Shown here in pieces: positions 1-12,437 of a stretch of DNA of 64,000 nt (positions are counted from its first letter, which is position 1; every line of letters begins with the position of its first letter). A model generated the notes under the pieces. The model saw nothing but the letters and a program-made list of their open reading frames with translations, had not been told where the DNA came from and did not search any database. Position numbers and translations under genes: made by a program. This DNA is from Cyanophora paradoxa CCMP329 (lineage: Eukaryota > Plantae > Glaucophyta). The stretch is taken from assembly GCA_004431415.1 (NCBI GenBank), contig QPMI01000589.1:49973-113972 (forward strand). The letters are read 5' to 3'.

Positions 1-2796
1 CGGCGGAGCCGCCGCGCCCGCGCTGGGCCGGGCCGGGGGCGCCGCCGCCGGCGCCGGCACGGCCGCCGCCTCCTCGGCGGGGGGCTCCCCGGCCGGCCCG
101 CCCCGCGTGCTCCTCGCCCGCGGCGTCCGCCGAGGGGCCCGCCGGGCTGCCGGGCGCCCCGCCTCGGCCGCGGCCGGCGCGGCGTGCGCTGGCGTTCCCT
201 GCGCCGCCGAGGCCTGCGAGGGCGTCAAGGACGCCTCGGAGAAGAAGCGGCGGAGGCGGCGGCGGCGGCGCACCGAGTTCGGAATGCTGGCGAAGCGGCG
301 CATGGACGTCGGAGTCGCCGCGGGCCGCCGCCGGCAGCGGTGGGCGCTGGCGAGGCCGCCGCCGCGGAGGCGCCGGCGCGGCCGGGGACGCGGCGGCGTT
401 CTGCTTGAACTTTCTCTGCCGCGCCGCCGCCGGCGTCGCTGCTGCTGCCGCGGCCGGCGCCGGCGTCGCAACGGCCGCCGCCGGGGCTGCGGCGGCGGCG
501 GTGACGGCCGGCGTGGCGGCTGCCGCTGCCGGATGCGCGGCGGGAGTGGCGGGCGCTGGGTGGCCGGGGCGGCGGTTGGGCCGGGGTGGCCGGAGCAACG
601 AGGGCGGCGGGCGGAGCGGAGGGGTCGAGGCGGGCGGAGCGGGGCAGAGGTTGGGGCGGCCGGGGCGGCCGGGTGGGAGCGGGGGCGGGGCGGGCGCAGG
701 GCGGGGCGGGGGTCTTGGGCCCCGCGGCGGAGGCGTCGGAGGAGCGGGCGGGTGCGATCCAGCGGGGCGGAGTGGCCGGGGCCGGCGCGCTGGCCGCCGC
801 CGCCGGCGTCAGTACGCTCTCCAGCGCCTCAAGCACATCCGTTGCCGACACCGGCGCGGCCTCCGCCGCGACGGGCGCCGCGGGGCCACCGCCGCCTCCG
901 CCGCCGCCGGCTGGAGGCGGCGCAGCTGGCGCAGCGATGCGCGGCCCGCCGCCGGCGCGGCCGGCGCGGCCGGCGCGGCGGGGGGCGGGGCGGGAGCGGC
1001 CGGCGCGGCCGAAGGAGCAGGGGCGGCACGGGTGGCGGCGGTGGCGGGGCGGCGGCGGCCCGGGCGGCCGGGGCAGAGGGACGGGACCGCTTCGGGGGCG
1101 GGGCACCTCGCCCGAGGGGGCGGCCGCCGCGGGGGCGCCGGGACGGGGATGGCGGTGGGGACGGGGCCGGGGGCGGGGGCAGGGCAGGACGGGGTAGTCG
1201 CGGGGCCGCTTGGCGGCGGCGAGGCCCGTCGTGGCCTCGAGCAGCACGAGCGCCTGCGAGACCGCCGAGGTCATCTGCGCGGGCGGGCGTGCGGCGCTCA
1301 GCTCAGCGTCGCGGGACAGAGAGACGGGAGGGGGCGGGGGCCTGCCTCGACGTTGACGGGCGCCGAGGCGCAGGCGGGGGTCAGGGCGTGCAGCAGGCGC
1401 TCCCAGCCGGGGCGCGACGGGTCCGCAGCCGCGCTGAAGACGCCGACGATGCGCGAGAGGCGCGAGCGGCGCCGCCGCGCCGGCGCGCCCTCGCCCTCGC
1501 CGCCCTCCTCCTCGTCCTCCTCCGCCGCCGCCCAGTCCTCCATCGCGACGTCCCCGTCCCCGTCGGCGCCCGCGGCGCCCTCGCGGCCCTCCTCGGCCGC
1601 GTCGGGCGCCTCGGCGCCGGCGGCCCAGGGGCAGAACCAGCGGTGCTCCTTCACTGGGTCCAGCGGCGGGCGCCGCGGCGGCCGCGCGGCCGGCCGCGGC
1701 GGGGGCGCCGGCGCCATCGACGGGAGCTTGAGGACGTGGTCCAGGTGGGCCGGCGGCAGGGCCCCGGGGCGGGGCCCGGCCGCGCCGTCGCCGGCGCGGC
1801 GGGGGCGGCGGCGGCGGCGTCGCCCTCGAGCTCCATGTCGGCCTCGGCCACGTCCGTCACGCGGGGCGCCGGGGCCGGCCGCGGCGGCGGCGGCGGCATC
1901 TCCTCCTCCTCCTCGACGGCCGCCCCACGGGGCTCGCCGTGCGCGCCGGCGACGGCTGCGCAGGCAGGCTCGCCCGCTGCGCCGCCGCCGGCCCCGCTGG
2001 CGTCCCCGCGGCCGGCGACGCGCTGCGGGGGGTCAGCCACGCGCGAGGGCGCGGGCGCGGGGCGCGGGGTGCCGCGCGGGACGCACGGGAAGGGGAGGCG
2101 GGGTCGGACTTGCGCGGGGTGCACGAAGCACGCCCGAAGAGCATCGTGTCGATGTCGGCGGCGCGCTCGGCCGGTGGCTCCAGCAGCCGCCGGTAGAAGT
2201 CGTCCACCTCGGGCGTCGGCTCGTACGCCGCGGGCGGCGGCGGCGGCGGCGCGACGCTCTCCCCCGCCCGCAGCTCCTCCGCCGACACGTGGTCGCCGGG
2301 GAGGCGCGCGGCGAGGCGGCCGCCGGGCTCGCCCAGCGCCCGCGCTCGACCTCCATCGGCTCGTCCAGCCGCACCGAGACGCGCCCCGCGCCGGCGCGCG
2401 CCTCCTCCTGGCTGATCTCCGCGGGGCCGCCGCCGAGGCGCGGACGAGGCCGGCGCCGGCCTCGGAGGGCGGCAGCTCGTCCCCCGGCAGGTGGTAGTTC
2501 CAGAGGCCGAGCGTGCGGCTGCACGTCTCGCACGTGAGCGTCACGTCGCGGATCGGCTCCCGCCGGTCGCCCGGCCCCGCGCTGCAGCGGCCGCCGGAGG
2601 AGAGGCGCCCCTGCCGCTCGGCGCGCCAGCCGCAGAGGGCGACGAGGGCGGCGGCGCGGCACCAGGCCGCCTCCATCAGGTGCGGCGCCTCGAAGCTCGT
2701 CTCCGTCATGAAGTGCGTCAGCGCCATCTTCAGCAGCGCCCCGACCCGCTCCTGCACCGGCGTCTGCGGGGCGGAGGGGCGCCGAGTCGGCGGCGC

Positions 2797-2859
<63 letters not shown>

Positions 2860-3617
2860 GCCGGGACGCACGGTAGCGGCCTCGAAGGAGCGGCTGAGGG
2901 TCGGGAAGGGGTACGCGGAGGCGAGGCTGGAGAGGCGCGCGCGCCACTCGGCGGCGTACTCCTCCGTCGACTTGTTCGGGAACTCGGTGAAGGAGCGCGG
3001 GCACGGGTTGCCCCGCCACGGGCAGTGGTCGAAGTGGCCCGTGCTCAGCGACGCCGCCATCTTCTGCGCAGCCTCCCGCGCTGCGGCCGGCGCGTGAGCT
3101 GGGGCTGGGGCCCCAGGTGGCGTGTGGGCTGCGGCGGCGGACCGGCTTGAAGCGACAGGTTTGCATCGAGGCGGAAAGAGCGCATGGCACCGCAGATGCG
3201 GCAAGAGAGCATGTCGGGGCCCTTGTTGATCCAGCCGAATCGGGCGCACTCCATCGCGCCGATGCTGTGGCGAGCGCGAGGCCGTGAGCAGCACGGCCGG
3301 ACGCTGCCGTGTGCGTGCGATCGGAGTCACCTTGCTGGCTTGCCGAACCACGTCGAGATGCGAAATGACTTGACGCGCTCGAGAAACGCGGCCCGATCCC
3401 ACGGCCGGCAGGACGTGAGGCTTTCTGACGATGCGTCGGGCGCAGGGGCCCTGTGAAAGAACGTGAATGAGCGCCAGCAGCGTCCGACAGGCCGAAAGGC
3501 GTACGATGGGCCGGCCGAATCCGACACGGCCGCGGCATCCGTCGCAGGCCGCTGTATGTACACCAGAGATGAGAGGGCCGCCTGCAGGCGCTGCTCCAGC
3601 TCCTCCGGAGCCGCCAT
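1..3617 (-). CDS. NIPA/ZC3HC1/Rsm1-like C3HC zinc-finger protein, multi-exon; the 3' end probably runs off the window
   Basis: Exon peptides CRPWDRAAFLERVKSFRISTWFGKP, ECARFGWINKGPDMLSCRICGA, HFDHCPWRGNPCP, ALVALCGW, LTCETCSRTLGLWNY and DPVKEHRWFCPW follow the zf-C3HC plus Rsm1 motif order. ATG at 3617. Confidence 0.85.
2801..2859. repeat. (GGC)n microsatellite inside an intron of the NIPA-like gene
   Basis: About 19 contiguous GGC units. Confidence 0.85.
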
Positions 3618-3744
3618 GGCGCCCGAGCCCGACCGCGAATCGTTTTGCGTACCCAGACAGGCGAAACCCAGCTCGCTCAGCAGCCGCGCCAGACGCTTCG
3701 TGTACGTTTTTCTTGGCCCTCCGAAGCTTCTAGAAAGCGCAGCA

Positions 3745-4718
3745 ATGGTCGCCGCATGGTTCTTCGTGGACGACGGCACGAGCCAGTTCGAGGAGCACAG
3801 GGGGGCGGAGGTCACGCTGGAGGATCTGCGCGCCCGCGGCGTGCTCTACTGGCAGTGCGCGCTGCTTCCCCCGTGCCTCGCGTTGCGCTCCCTCCGATCG
3901 AGCGCTCCGCAGGCTCGACGCTGACCGGTACGAGGAGGAGGGCAAGCTCGAGGGCATCTGCAAGGAGCGGAACTACAAGAACCGCGACCAGGTCGGCGCG
4001 CGCCCCCTCGACTCGCTGGCGCCGGCCGATCGCGGCGAGCAGGTCACCATCACGCCCGAGATGCAGGGCTTCGACGACAAGATGAAGATGTTCTTTGAGG
4101 AGTGCGTTCCGAGCCTTAGCTCCAGATCCCCGCCCCGCGCCCGGCCCGCTCCAGCGGCGCGCGCCGGCGCCGCCCTCTGTCATAGCTATCGCGGCGCGCG
4201 CCGCTGTTCGCCGGCCTTAGCATGCGGCGAGCCTAGGCCCCGGCGGGTTTGCGGTGTTCTGTAGCTAACGGGCGGCTGGGCGGCGCGCAGGCACCTGCAC
4301 GACGACGAGGAGATCCGCTTCGTGATGGACGGCAGCGGCTACTTCGACGTCCGCGGTGCGCTTCCGAGCGCCGGCGCCGCCCCGGCCCGCCGGCGCCTGA
4401 GGGGGCGCAGGGTACCCGGACGAGCGGTGGATCCGTGTGGCGGTGGAGAAGGGGGACATGCTGGTCCTGCCGGCCGGCATCTACCACCGCTTCACCGTCG
4501 ACGCGCGGAAGAGCGTCAAGGCCATGCGCCTCTTCCAGGTCCGCATCCCTCGCGGCCCGGAGCAGGCCGTCTCTGAGGCGCCGCGCTCGCTGGGGCAGGA
4601 CGAGCCGAAGTGGGTCGCGATCTCGAGGCCGGCGGCGGAGTCCGCCAAGAACGCCGCCCGGCAGCGCTACATCGAGCACTTCAGCTGCCCCGCCCCCGCC
4701 AAGGCCACCCCCGCCTGA
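3745..4718 (+). CDS. ADI1: Acireductone dioxygenase (methionine salvage), multi-exon
   Basis: Spliced peptides [29 protein letters not shown] and [33 protein letters not shown] are canonical ARD cupin motifs. Confidence 0.95.
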
Positions 4719-4967
4719 GCGCCGGAGCGAGCGCGGGCGCGGGCCGGCGGCGCCGTCCCCGGTCGATCCGGTTGGCCTAGAGTACGTTACGTGCAGATGT
4801 GAGCGGCGGCTCGCCTTAGCTTAGCCGGGCATGCAGTCCCAGCGCGGGCCGGCGCGAGGCGGGAGGCGAAAAGCAAAGGTTATTGTACAGGCCGAGGCGC
4901 AGCTGCAGAAAACAGCGGGCTGCGGGCCGGCCGCGGGCGGAGGGGGCGGGGCGGGGCGGGGCAGCGG

Positions 4968-6428
4968 CTAGCGGAAGAGGAGGAGGGCGCCGGCGAGGAT
5001 GGAGAAGAGAGCCCCGCAGGCGGTGTTGATCACGTTCACCAGCTCGTTCGTCAGGTACCTGCGAGCGAAGCGGGGGCGGAGCTGAGCGGGGGGTACGGGC
5101 ACCGCGGCGGGGCGGGGCGGGGCGGGGCGGGCGGACTCGTAGCCGGGGCGGCCCTGGAGGGCGGCGCCGACGTAGCTCTCGACGTTGTTGGCGAGGAAGG
5201 CGGAGACGACGCAGACGAGGACGCCGGAGAGGCCGCCGAGGACGAGGCCCACGCGGGAGCCCAGCGCCGCGAGGAGCACCGATGCCGCCACGCCGGCCAG
5301 CGTCCCCTCCGCGCTCACCGCCCCCTCCGTGCCCCGCGGCACCACCTTGAACGACGTGATGAGGTACGTCGTCTGCCGGCGGGGCGGCCCGGGTCAGAGG
5401 GGCAGGGGAGCTGAGCCTGGGGAGAGAAGGGGGGTACAGCGCGCCTTGCCATAGGCCTTGCCGACCTCGGAGGAGACGGTGTCGGCCAGCTTCGTGCTGA
5501 AGCTCGCCACGTACGCCAGCTGCAGCAGCGCCACCAGCCGGTCCGCCGCCAGGTTGTTGTACCCTGCGCTGCGGTGAGGCGCCGAGAAGCTGACGGGCGT
5601 TGCGGGGGGGGGCACCGAAGACGGCGGGGAGGAGGGAGGCGAGGAGGGCGCAGGCAGTGGAGACGGCGGCGGAGCCCCAGACGTTCTCGGGGCCTCGCCG
5701 CCCGCCGCGCTTCTCCGCGATCCCCTCCGCCTCTTTCCTGCGGGCCGCGGCGCCTCGGCGGAGGACGGGCGACGGGCAGGCGGCGCCGGCAGACCGCTTG
5801 ATACCGATCTTGGTAACGGCGACGCCCAGGATGAAGTACGCCGCGACGACGGCGTATCCCCGCCAGTTGAGCGTCGTCCACACGACGGTGCCCAGCAGGC
5901 CGGCGTGAAGCGCGCCCTCGGGCGTGAGGGCCTTCTTGAGCGGGCCTGCGACCCTGCGCACACCCGTCGAGCGCATGTCGGGAGAAGGCGGAGCCGCAGG
6001 GGGCAGCGCGCGCACCACAGCGAGCCGATGAGGATGCTGTTGAGGATGGCCGACGCCGCCCAGTTCTGCGCGGCGCCGACGAGCGAGCAGGACACTTCGC
6101 ACGGCGTTGCCGGCGGCCGGCCGAGCGGCGTTATCCTCGCCTCCGATCCGTCGTAAGTGCGGAGCTTGCGGCCGAAAAACTGGGCGCGCAGGGCGGCCGA
6201 GGCCCGGTCGGCGACGCGCATGCGGCCAAACGACCGCTCTGATGAGTCGTCGCGTCCCAAAAACCGCCGCGGGGCCGCCGCCTGGCCGAGCGAGCCAAAC
6301 AGAGCTGCATGCCTAGCTACCCGCGGCCGAGGCTGATCGATGACGCCGCAGGTACACGAAGTCGATGCTGCGGCAGAGTCCCGCGTCCTTGCCGGCCGGA
6401 GCGCGCCGGAAACCACAAACGAGGCCAT
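4968..6428 (-). CDS. VTE6: Phytyl-phosphate kinase VTE6 / DUF92 (TMEM19) membrane protein with a plastid transit peptide, multi-exon
   Basis: KEAEGIAEKRGGRRGPENVWGSA, YVASFSTKLADTVSSEVGKAYGK, VPRGTEGAVSAEGTLAG, YLTNELVNVINT. The N-terminus MASFVVSGALRPART is Ser/Arg-rich. Confidence 0.9.
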
Positions 6429-6518
6429 CGCAACTTCTTTGCTGTGTACCCCCACCCGGCACTTTGCGAAACAAAGCAACCTGCATTCAGCACTCCGCGC
6501 GCCTCTACAGCCGCGGGA

Positions 6519-7611
6519 ATGAACGTTATACGTGACCTCCTGCCCTCGGCACACCCCGAGGAGAAGCTCTTCGAGCCTCCTCCGCCGCGTGAGCTTCCCT
6601 CGCGCCGAGCGCACGATTAAATCGCCCTCCTTAACTCACTTCATGTTTGTAGGAGTGCGGGACGAGGGGACGCAGACTGACGAGGAGGGCGAGATTCGAG
6701 ACGCGTACGAGCGCGCGCGGGGCCAGGAGTCCGGCGTCTCCAGCGTGGGCGCCCACGCGGACTCGGAGCGGGAGATCGGCGACGAGGCCGACGATGACGC
6801 TGCCTCTGACGCCGACCTGGCGGAGATCATGCACTACGAGCAGCGCGGCGCGCGACCGCGTCGCGCCGCTCGCGGCGTGCAGGAGCTGCAGGAGATGAAG
6901 GAGGTCGCGTGCGCGGCGCCCTCCGAGCTCAGCCTCGCGGGTGCGCCGCGATGCGCCGCTCGCTCCGATCCTCGGCGTCGCGCTGCCGACACGCGCGCCC
7001 CGCGCTTCCCCTCTTAGCGCGTTCCCGCGCACGCTCCTCAGCTGCTGGCGTGGCTGCTGCGGGCGCTGCGGGTGCGGCAGCGGGAACCATCGGCGCGGGT
7101 GCTGCCCTGGCCTGCGCGCTGCCGCGCGTCCCGCGCGCTTCGCTCTCACAAGGCGCCGCCCTCGCCCTCAGCCGTGCTGTGCCTCATGATGGACCCTGGC
7201 ATGACCGGCGGAACGTCCTACCGCATGCTGCCGGTGCGCCCCTCCCCTCCCCTCGCCTGGCCTTCCGCCCGGCCTCTGGCAATCGCCTCTGCTGACGCGC
7301 GAGCACCAGGTCGTGTTCGGAGTGCTCCTGGGCGCCATCGTCCTCGGTCCGCATCGGCCCGCGCCGCGCCGCGACGTCCTCGCGCACGCGCACCGAGACG
7401 CCTCGCAGGGGCCGGCGCGGCGACGATGATCGGGACGGGGACCTCGGACCTCGAGCACGAGGCGGAGCTCGCGGAGGAGGAGCGCGAGTACGGCCCCGCG
7501 GCCGCCGCCGGCGCGGCGGCGGGCGAGGCCGGCGACGCCAGCGCCGGCCGCGCGAGCTCGAGCAACGGCGAGGCGCCCTTCCTCTGCCCGGGGCCCAGCG
7601 TCGTCAAGTGA
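6519..7611 (+). CDS. Hypothetical multi-exon protein (acidic segment plus a short hydrophobic segment)
   Basis: Coding-like exons (EGTQTDEEGEIRDAYER, HQVVFGVLLGAIVL, DLEHEAELAEEERE) separated by host-style introns; divergent from VTE6. Confidence 0.5.
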
Positions 7612-8161
7612 GGCCCTGAGGCGCGCGCCGCCGCGCGCTCCGAGACTCCCCATGTTCTCGCCCTTTGTTGTACATGTTTCAGCTATTATAGCGCAGCTCT
7701 CGGGCCCCGCGTCCTGCCCCAGGCTGTGTCCTTCCAGTTTTGATCTTCAGCTAGCACTGTACATGTGTGCCGCCGTTTTGAACGCTGTAGATCTATAGCT
7801 AGCGCTTGAGTTCGACCTCGAGCCCTGCAGCTGCATGCGCAGCTGCAGGCTCGAGTCTCCCTTCTAGTCGATTTTCGGAATTGCAGTCGCATTTGGAATT
7901 TGCAGTCGATCCTCGCGATCGGCATTCATGGTCAATTTTCAAAGTTGGTAGAAATCCGATGATCCGATCTTCGGTAGGAATTCAAACTCGTAGGTGCCTG
8001 CTTTAATTATACAGTAACAATATATGTACAGTGCCTCAGCTGCAGCAGCCGTGGTCATGACTCTGAAGAAATCAACACTACGTATACTACTATAGCTACA
8101 ACTCGTAGACTCTAGTAGACCCTGGGACCGTTAAAAACGCTACTATAGCTAACTGTACAAG

Positions 8162-10323
8162 CTAGACGCTTCCGTGCAAGATAGGGCGATGTACATGCAC
8201 GTATCCCAACGCTACACTCTCCGCTCGGCGCCATCTCGCTTCGTACGTCTGCGTGGCCCGGAAGGCCCCGGCTGGCAACCGCCCGGCGAGCTCTGCCCCG
8301 AGCGGCCCTGCCGCTCGAAGGCTCTCCCACAGCCGCAACCGCCGCACCCGCTCGCGCGCCGGGCCTCCGTCGTCCTTGCCTGCATTGCGCTCGTAATCCA
8401 CGTCCGAGTCGTCTATGAAGAAGACGGCGGCTGAGCGGAGGACGGGCGCGGCGGCCGCCAGCAGGCGCCGTAGGGCTTCGCCGTAGGGGCCCCAGTCCTC
8501 GGTACGAGGCCAGCGGCTTTCCGTGCCGCCGCAGATAACTGCAAGTCAGATCGTCAGACGACGGGCGGACTGCGCGCGCCTAATTCGAAGCCTAGAAGGC
8601 TTATGTAATTAATATAAGCGCCTCCACGAGCGCGCATCACCTCGAAGACTAGAGCTCTCGAGCTAGAAGCGCGCACCTAGGAGGAGGTCGAGGTGGCGGA
8701 GGCTCGACGACCGCTCGAGGGCGTCCGCGAGGCCGTGCAGGACCTCCGTGTCGACTGCCGAGCCGGCGCTGCAAGCGTACGAGAGCTCCGCGAGCTTCGG
8801 GCAGGCGCCCAGGCAGGCCACGGCCTCCCGCGCCTGTGCGAGCTCCTGGCCATCGTACTTGATCTGCCAATCGCAGTGTGAGCGCTCGTCGCACGCTTGT
8901 GCCGCTTGCGAGTGTCGCACGAGGGAGAGGCCCTTTGTGAACAGGAGGCGCTCGAGGCTTCGCATGGCCGGCAGCGCCCGCATCGTAGCAGGCGCAAAAT
9001 CAGCCCCACGGCACCAGGTGCCGGCGCCGTCATCGTCTGAAATTTGCTCTGGAATACTGATCGAAAGCTCGAGTGAGGGAACTCCACGCAAGGCGTTTGG
9101 GGCCGGGATCGGGGCTCACGTGTCACCGAGGATGCGCAGGTTCCGCCCAGCCGGGCTGGCGGCGAACTCGGCAAAGCCAGAACCGAGTATCAGAGTGTTG
9201 TGGCACCACAAACGCAGCTCTTCCAACTGCCAGAGAGAGTGAGCCCGGAATCTAAATCTAGATCTAGCTAATTATATAAGAGCCGAGGGGGTGGGGGGGG
9301 CGGGGGGGCGGGGGGGGGGGGGGGGGGGGGCACCTTCGAGAGTGATGACAGACCAACAAGAGCGTCGTCGTTCAACGGGCGGATCCACAAACGCTGCAGG
9401 GCGGGGCACGAGGCCGCAATGGCGGCTGCATGTTGTTGATCGATGCGTATGGAGTTCGGAAGGAGCAGCAGCTGGAGGCGGGAGAAGGGCGCGAGCGCGT
9501 GGCGGAGCGCCCCCCCGCTGATGCCGGCCGCGATCTCCTCTTCCTCCTCGATGTGATCATCGTCCACCGGGCGATCATCATCCGCGATGATGAGGCTGGA
9601 CAAGTGCACGTGGCTCGTTGTCGAACGCGGTGGCTGCAGCGCGCGCAGCGTGCTGAATAACTGCGAAGGAATGATGCAGCGGCAAATTTCATACAGATGC
9701 TGAAGCTGCTGACGGTCGATGTCGACGTCTCGCGAAAGGCGCTCTAGATCCAGGTTCGGCACGCGGTGGAAGACAGCGACGTGCCGGAGGCCCCCCGCCG
9801 CCAACACGCACGCCCGAAGAGCGTCGTGCGCCGCGTGCCCGGGCGCATCGACTTCGGCTTCCGCGAGTAGCTCCTCATTGAGCGCACTGGTTGTGGGTGT
9901 GTCGTCAGGGCTGCTGCTGCGCATGCGGTCGACGTCGACGTCGAGATCCAGATCTAGATAATTGATGTCGAGCTCCACGGCCGCCGCCCCGCCGCGTCGC
10001 AGCCGCAGCCGCCCGCTCCGCACGACCGCTGCTAGTGTTCTGAACGTTTCTGGGCGCGTCCCGTCCACCTGCAGCTCGCACCACTCGATCTCCTCCACAA
10101 GCCGCCGCCACTTGCGGCACGCCTGCCGCGCCGTCCGCCAAGCCTCGGCCGCGCCGAGGTGTTCGCTGAAGATGCGCTCCAACAGCGCGTCCGGGAGCAC
10201 GTCAATGACGCTGCCGTACGCGTCTGTGTCTGTCACCGAGCTTTTCGCGGCTGCTGCTGCTGCTGAAGAAGAAGCCTGTCCCGCATCGATATCGGGTCTG
10301 GCGCGCTTCGTACTCGGCTCCAT
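8162..10323 (-). CDS. F-box/LRR protein, family 1 copy A, multi-exon
   Basis: IDVLPDALLERIFSEHLGAAEAWRTARQACRKWRRLV F-box followed by LRR-like AASCPALQRL; paralogous to the genes at 17.9-19.8 kb and 24.4-26.5 kb. Confidence 0.8.
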
Positions 10324-10590
10324 GACGCTGCGCCGAGCGAAGTGAGTCAGACATCGGCGAGCGACCGCGCACTTCGCTCCACGAACGCACTTCGCACGCT
10401 TTCAAAATGATCTAACCGCGCCCCCGGCGCCACAGTGAACGTTTCGGGGCTCTTCAAGTAGCCGGCATATGCAGATGCAGCCGCAGAGCCAAGGGCGACT
10501 GCGGCGAAAGCTGGGGGGACGAGCCCGAGACGGCTACGTATACGCAAGCCGACCAAGCCGAGTCTAGAAGCTTAAGCTTAAGACAGACGG

Positions 10591-12285
10591 ATGTCCCTCT
10601 CGGAGCAAGGCGGCGGCGATCAGCTGCAGCAGGTTCCCGGAGCTCACTCCGCCTCGGTACGCGTCGCCGAATGCGCCGCGACGTCGACGCCGCGCGCGCT
10701 TCATCTGAACCCGCGGGCCGGGGCGCAGCTGGAGCTGCTGCCCGCGGACGTGCTCGCGCGCATAATCGAGATCGCTTACGCGGACCCGCTGGAGGCGCTG
10801 CCCTTCCTCCCGCGGGGCCGGCCGGGCCTCCCCTTCGTCCCAGCCGTCCGGGCGGCCCTCCCGCTCGTCGTCTGGCGCCGCGCCAGCCTCCCCGCCGGCT
10901 TCCAGGCCTTCGAGCACGTGTCCCGCCTCGTGCGGGTGGGCCTCGTGCGCGCCGCGCGGCGCCTGGAGGTGCGCGTGGCCTCCGGAGGCGACCCGCTCGC
11001 CGCGGCGGAGGCGGCGCGGCGACTCGCGACGCGGCACCTGACCGAGGCCGAGCTCTCCGTGTCCGCCGAGCTCCTCGACTGCCTCGGCAGCGGCCCGCTC
11101 GCGGCGCTGTGCGAGGCCCTCGCCCCCTCCGCGAACCTCGCCTCCCTCCGCCTCTCCTGCGGCTCCCTGCGACAGCGGCGCCGCCTCGACTGGCGCCCCC
11201 GCGACGCCCGCGCCCTCCTCTCCCCCTTCCCCGCCCTCCGCCGCCTCCACCTCAGCGACCTGCGGCCCTCGCCCCGCGCCGCCGCCGGCATCGCGGCCGG
11301 TGCCCCCCGCCTCGCCGAGCTCGTTGTCGACTTCTACGGCGAACCCGATGCCCCCCTGGACTCCAGCTCCGCCGCAGCCTTCGGTACCCTCCCCGAGCTG
11401 ACCTCCCTGACCCTTCGCGGCGCGCCCGTATCCCCCGACGTCATCCCCCCCTTCCGGCGGCTGACCGACCTCTCGGTGGACGAGCTGAGCCGCACGGCCG
11501 CCGCCGCCGCCGCCCGCGTACCCTCCCTCCGCCGCCTCTCCGCCGCCCTGCCCCACCCCGAGGCCCTCCCCAACCTCCGCCCCCTGTCCCTCACCGAGCT
11601 CGAGCTCGCCGGTACCCCCCCTGAGGCCCTCTCCGGCCTGCCCGCCTTCCTCGCCGGCCCCTCGGCCTGTACCCTCCGCGTCCTCGGGCTGCCCCGCTTC
11701 GAGCCCGTGCCCGCCCTCCCCGACGCCGCCGCCGCCGCCCTCGCCTCCCTCTCCTCGCTGGAGGAGCTGCGTGCCGGCCTCCTGACGCCCGCCGCGGCCG
11801 GCGCCCTCGCCGGCCTGCCCCGCCTCCGCCTCCTGCACGCCCACGTCTCCGACCCCGCCGCCCTCTTCCCGCTCGTGATGGCCCCGCCGCCCTCCCTCGC
11901 CGAAGCGGAGCTCCGGCTGCGCGGCGGCCAGCGCGCGTGCGCCCTCCTCTCCGCTGCGGCGGGGCCCCTGGCGGCCGCCCCCGCCCTCCGCCGCGCCACC
12001 GTCGCCCTCCTCGGGCCCGCCGCCCTCGACCCCTCCCCGGACTCGGCGCTCGAGCTCGTCGAGGCGGCCGCCCGGCTCCTCCGCGCCGCCGCGCGCCCCG
12101 GCCTCTCCTCCACGGTCCACCTCGCCGCCGCGCACCCGCTCTCCGGGCAGCTCGTCGAGTGGCCGCCGGCAGCCCGCGCCGCCCTCGAGGGCCTCGAGCC
12201 GCGCCTGGCCGCCCACTGGCCGTCCCTCTCCTTCCCCGGCTGCCCCTCCCCCTGCGCCGCCTGCCTCGCCCCTCCCAGAACATGA
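10591..12285 (+). CDS. Single-exon F-box-like/LRR (RNI-like) protein
   Basis: 564-aa ORF with LELLPADVLARIIEIA followed by many LxxLxL repeats. Confidence 0.7.
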   Translation: MSLSEQGGGDQLQQVPGAHSASVRVAECAATSTPRALHLNPRAGAQLELLPADVLARIIEIAYADPLEALPFLPRGRPGLPFVPAVRAALPLVVWRRASLPAGFQAFEHVSRLVRVGLVRAARRLEVRVASGGDPLAAAEAARRLATRHLTEAELSVSAELLDCLGSGPLAALCEALAPSANLASLRLSCGSLRQRRRLDWRPRDARALLSPFPALRRLHLSDLRPSPRAAAGIAAGAPRLAELVVDFYGEPDAPLDSSSAAAFGTLPELTSLTLRGAPVSPDVIPPFRRLTDLSVDELSRTAAAAAARVPSLRRLSAALPHPEALPNLRPLSLTELELAGTPPEALSGLPAFLAGPSACTLRVLGLPRFEPVPALPDAAAAALASLSSLEELRAGLLTPAAAGALAGLPRLRLLHAHVSDPAALFPLVMAPPPSLAEAELRLRGGQRACALLSAAAGPLAAAPALRRATVALLGPAALDPSPDSALELVEAAARLLRAAARPGLSSTVHLAAAHPLSGQLVEWPPAARAALEGLEPRLAAHWPSLSFPGCPSPCAACLAPPRT

Positions 12286-12437
12286 TTCCAGATTCTGCGG
12301 GGACGGCGGCGGGCCCCGGGGGCGGCGGGGGCGGGGGATCCCGGAGCCTCGGAGGCCGCCGCGCTTGCTTTGCGCCGCGTGGGGCGAGCCTCGGACTCTC
12401 TCTCCCGAGTCCGAAAGGGACTCGAACACGTCGCCTC

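Noticed and set aside
107-2537. Long + strand ORFs (796 and 710 aa)
   Set aside because: Arg/Gly/Ala-rich shadows of the minus-strand NIPA-like gene; stop codons are rare at this GC content
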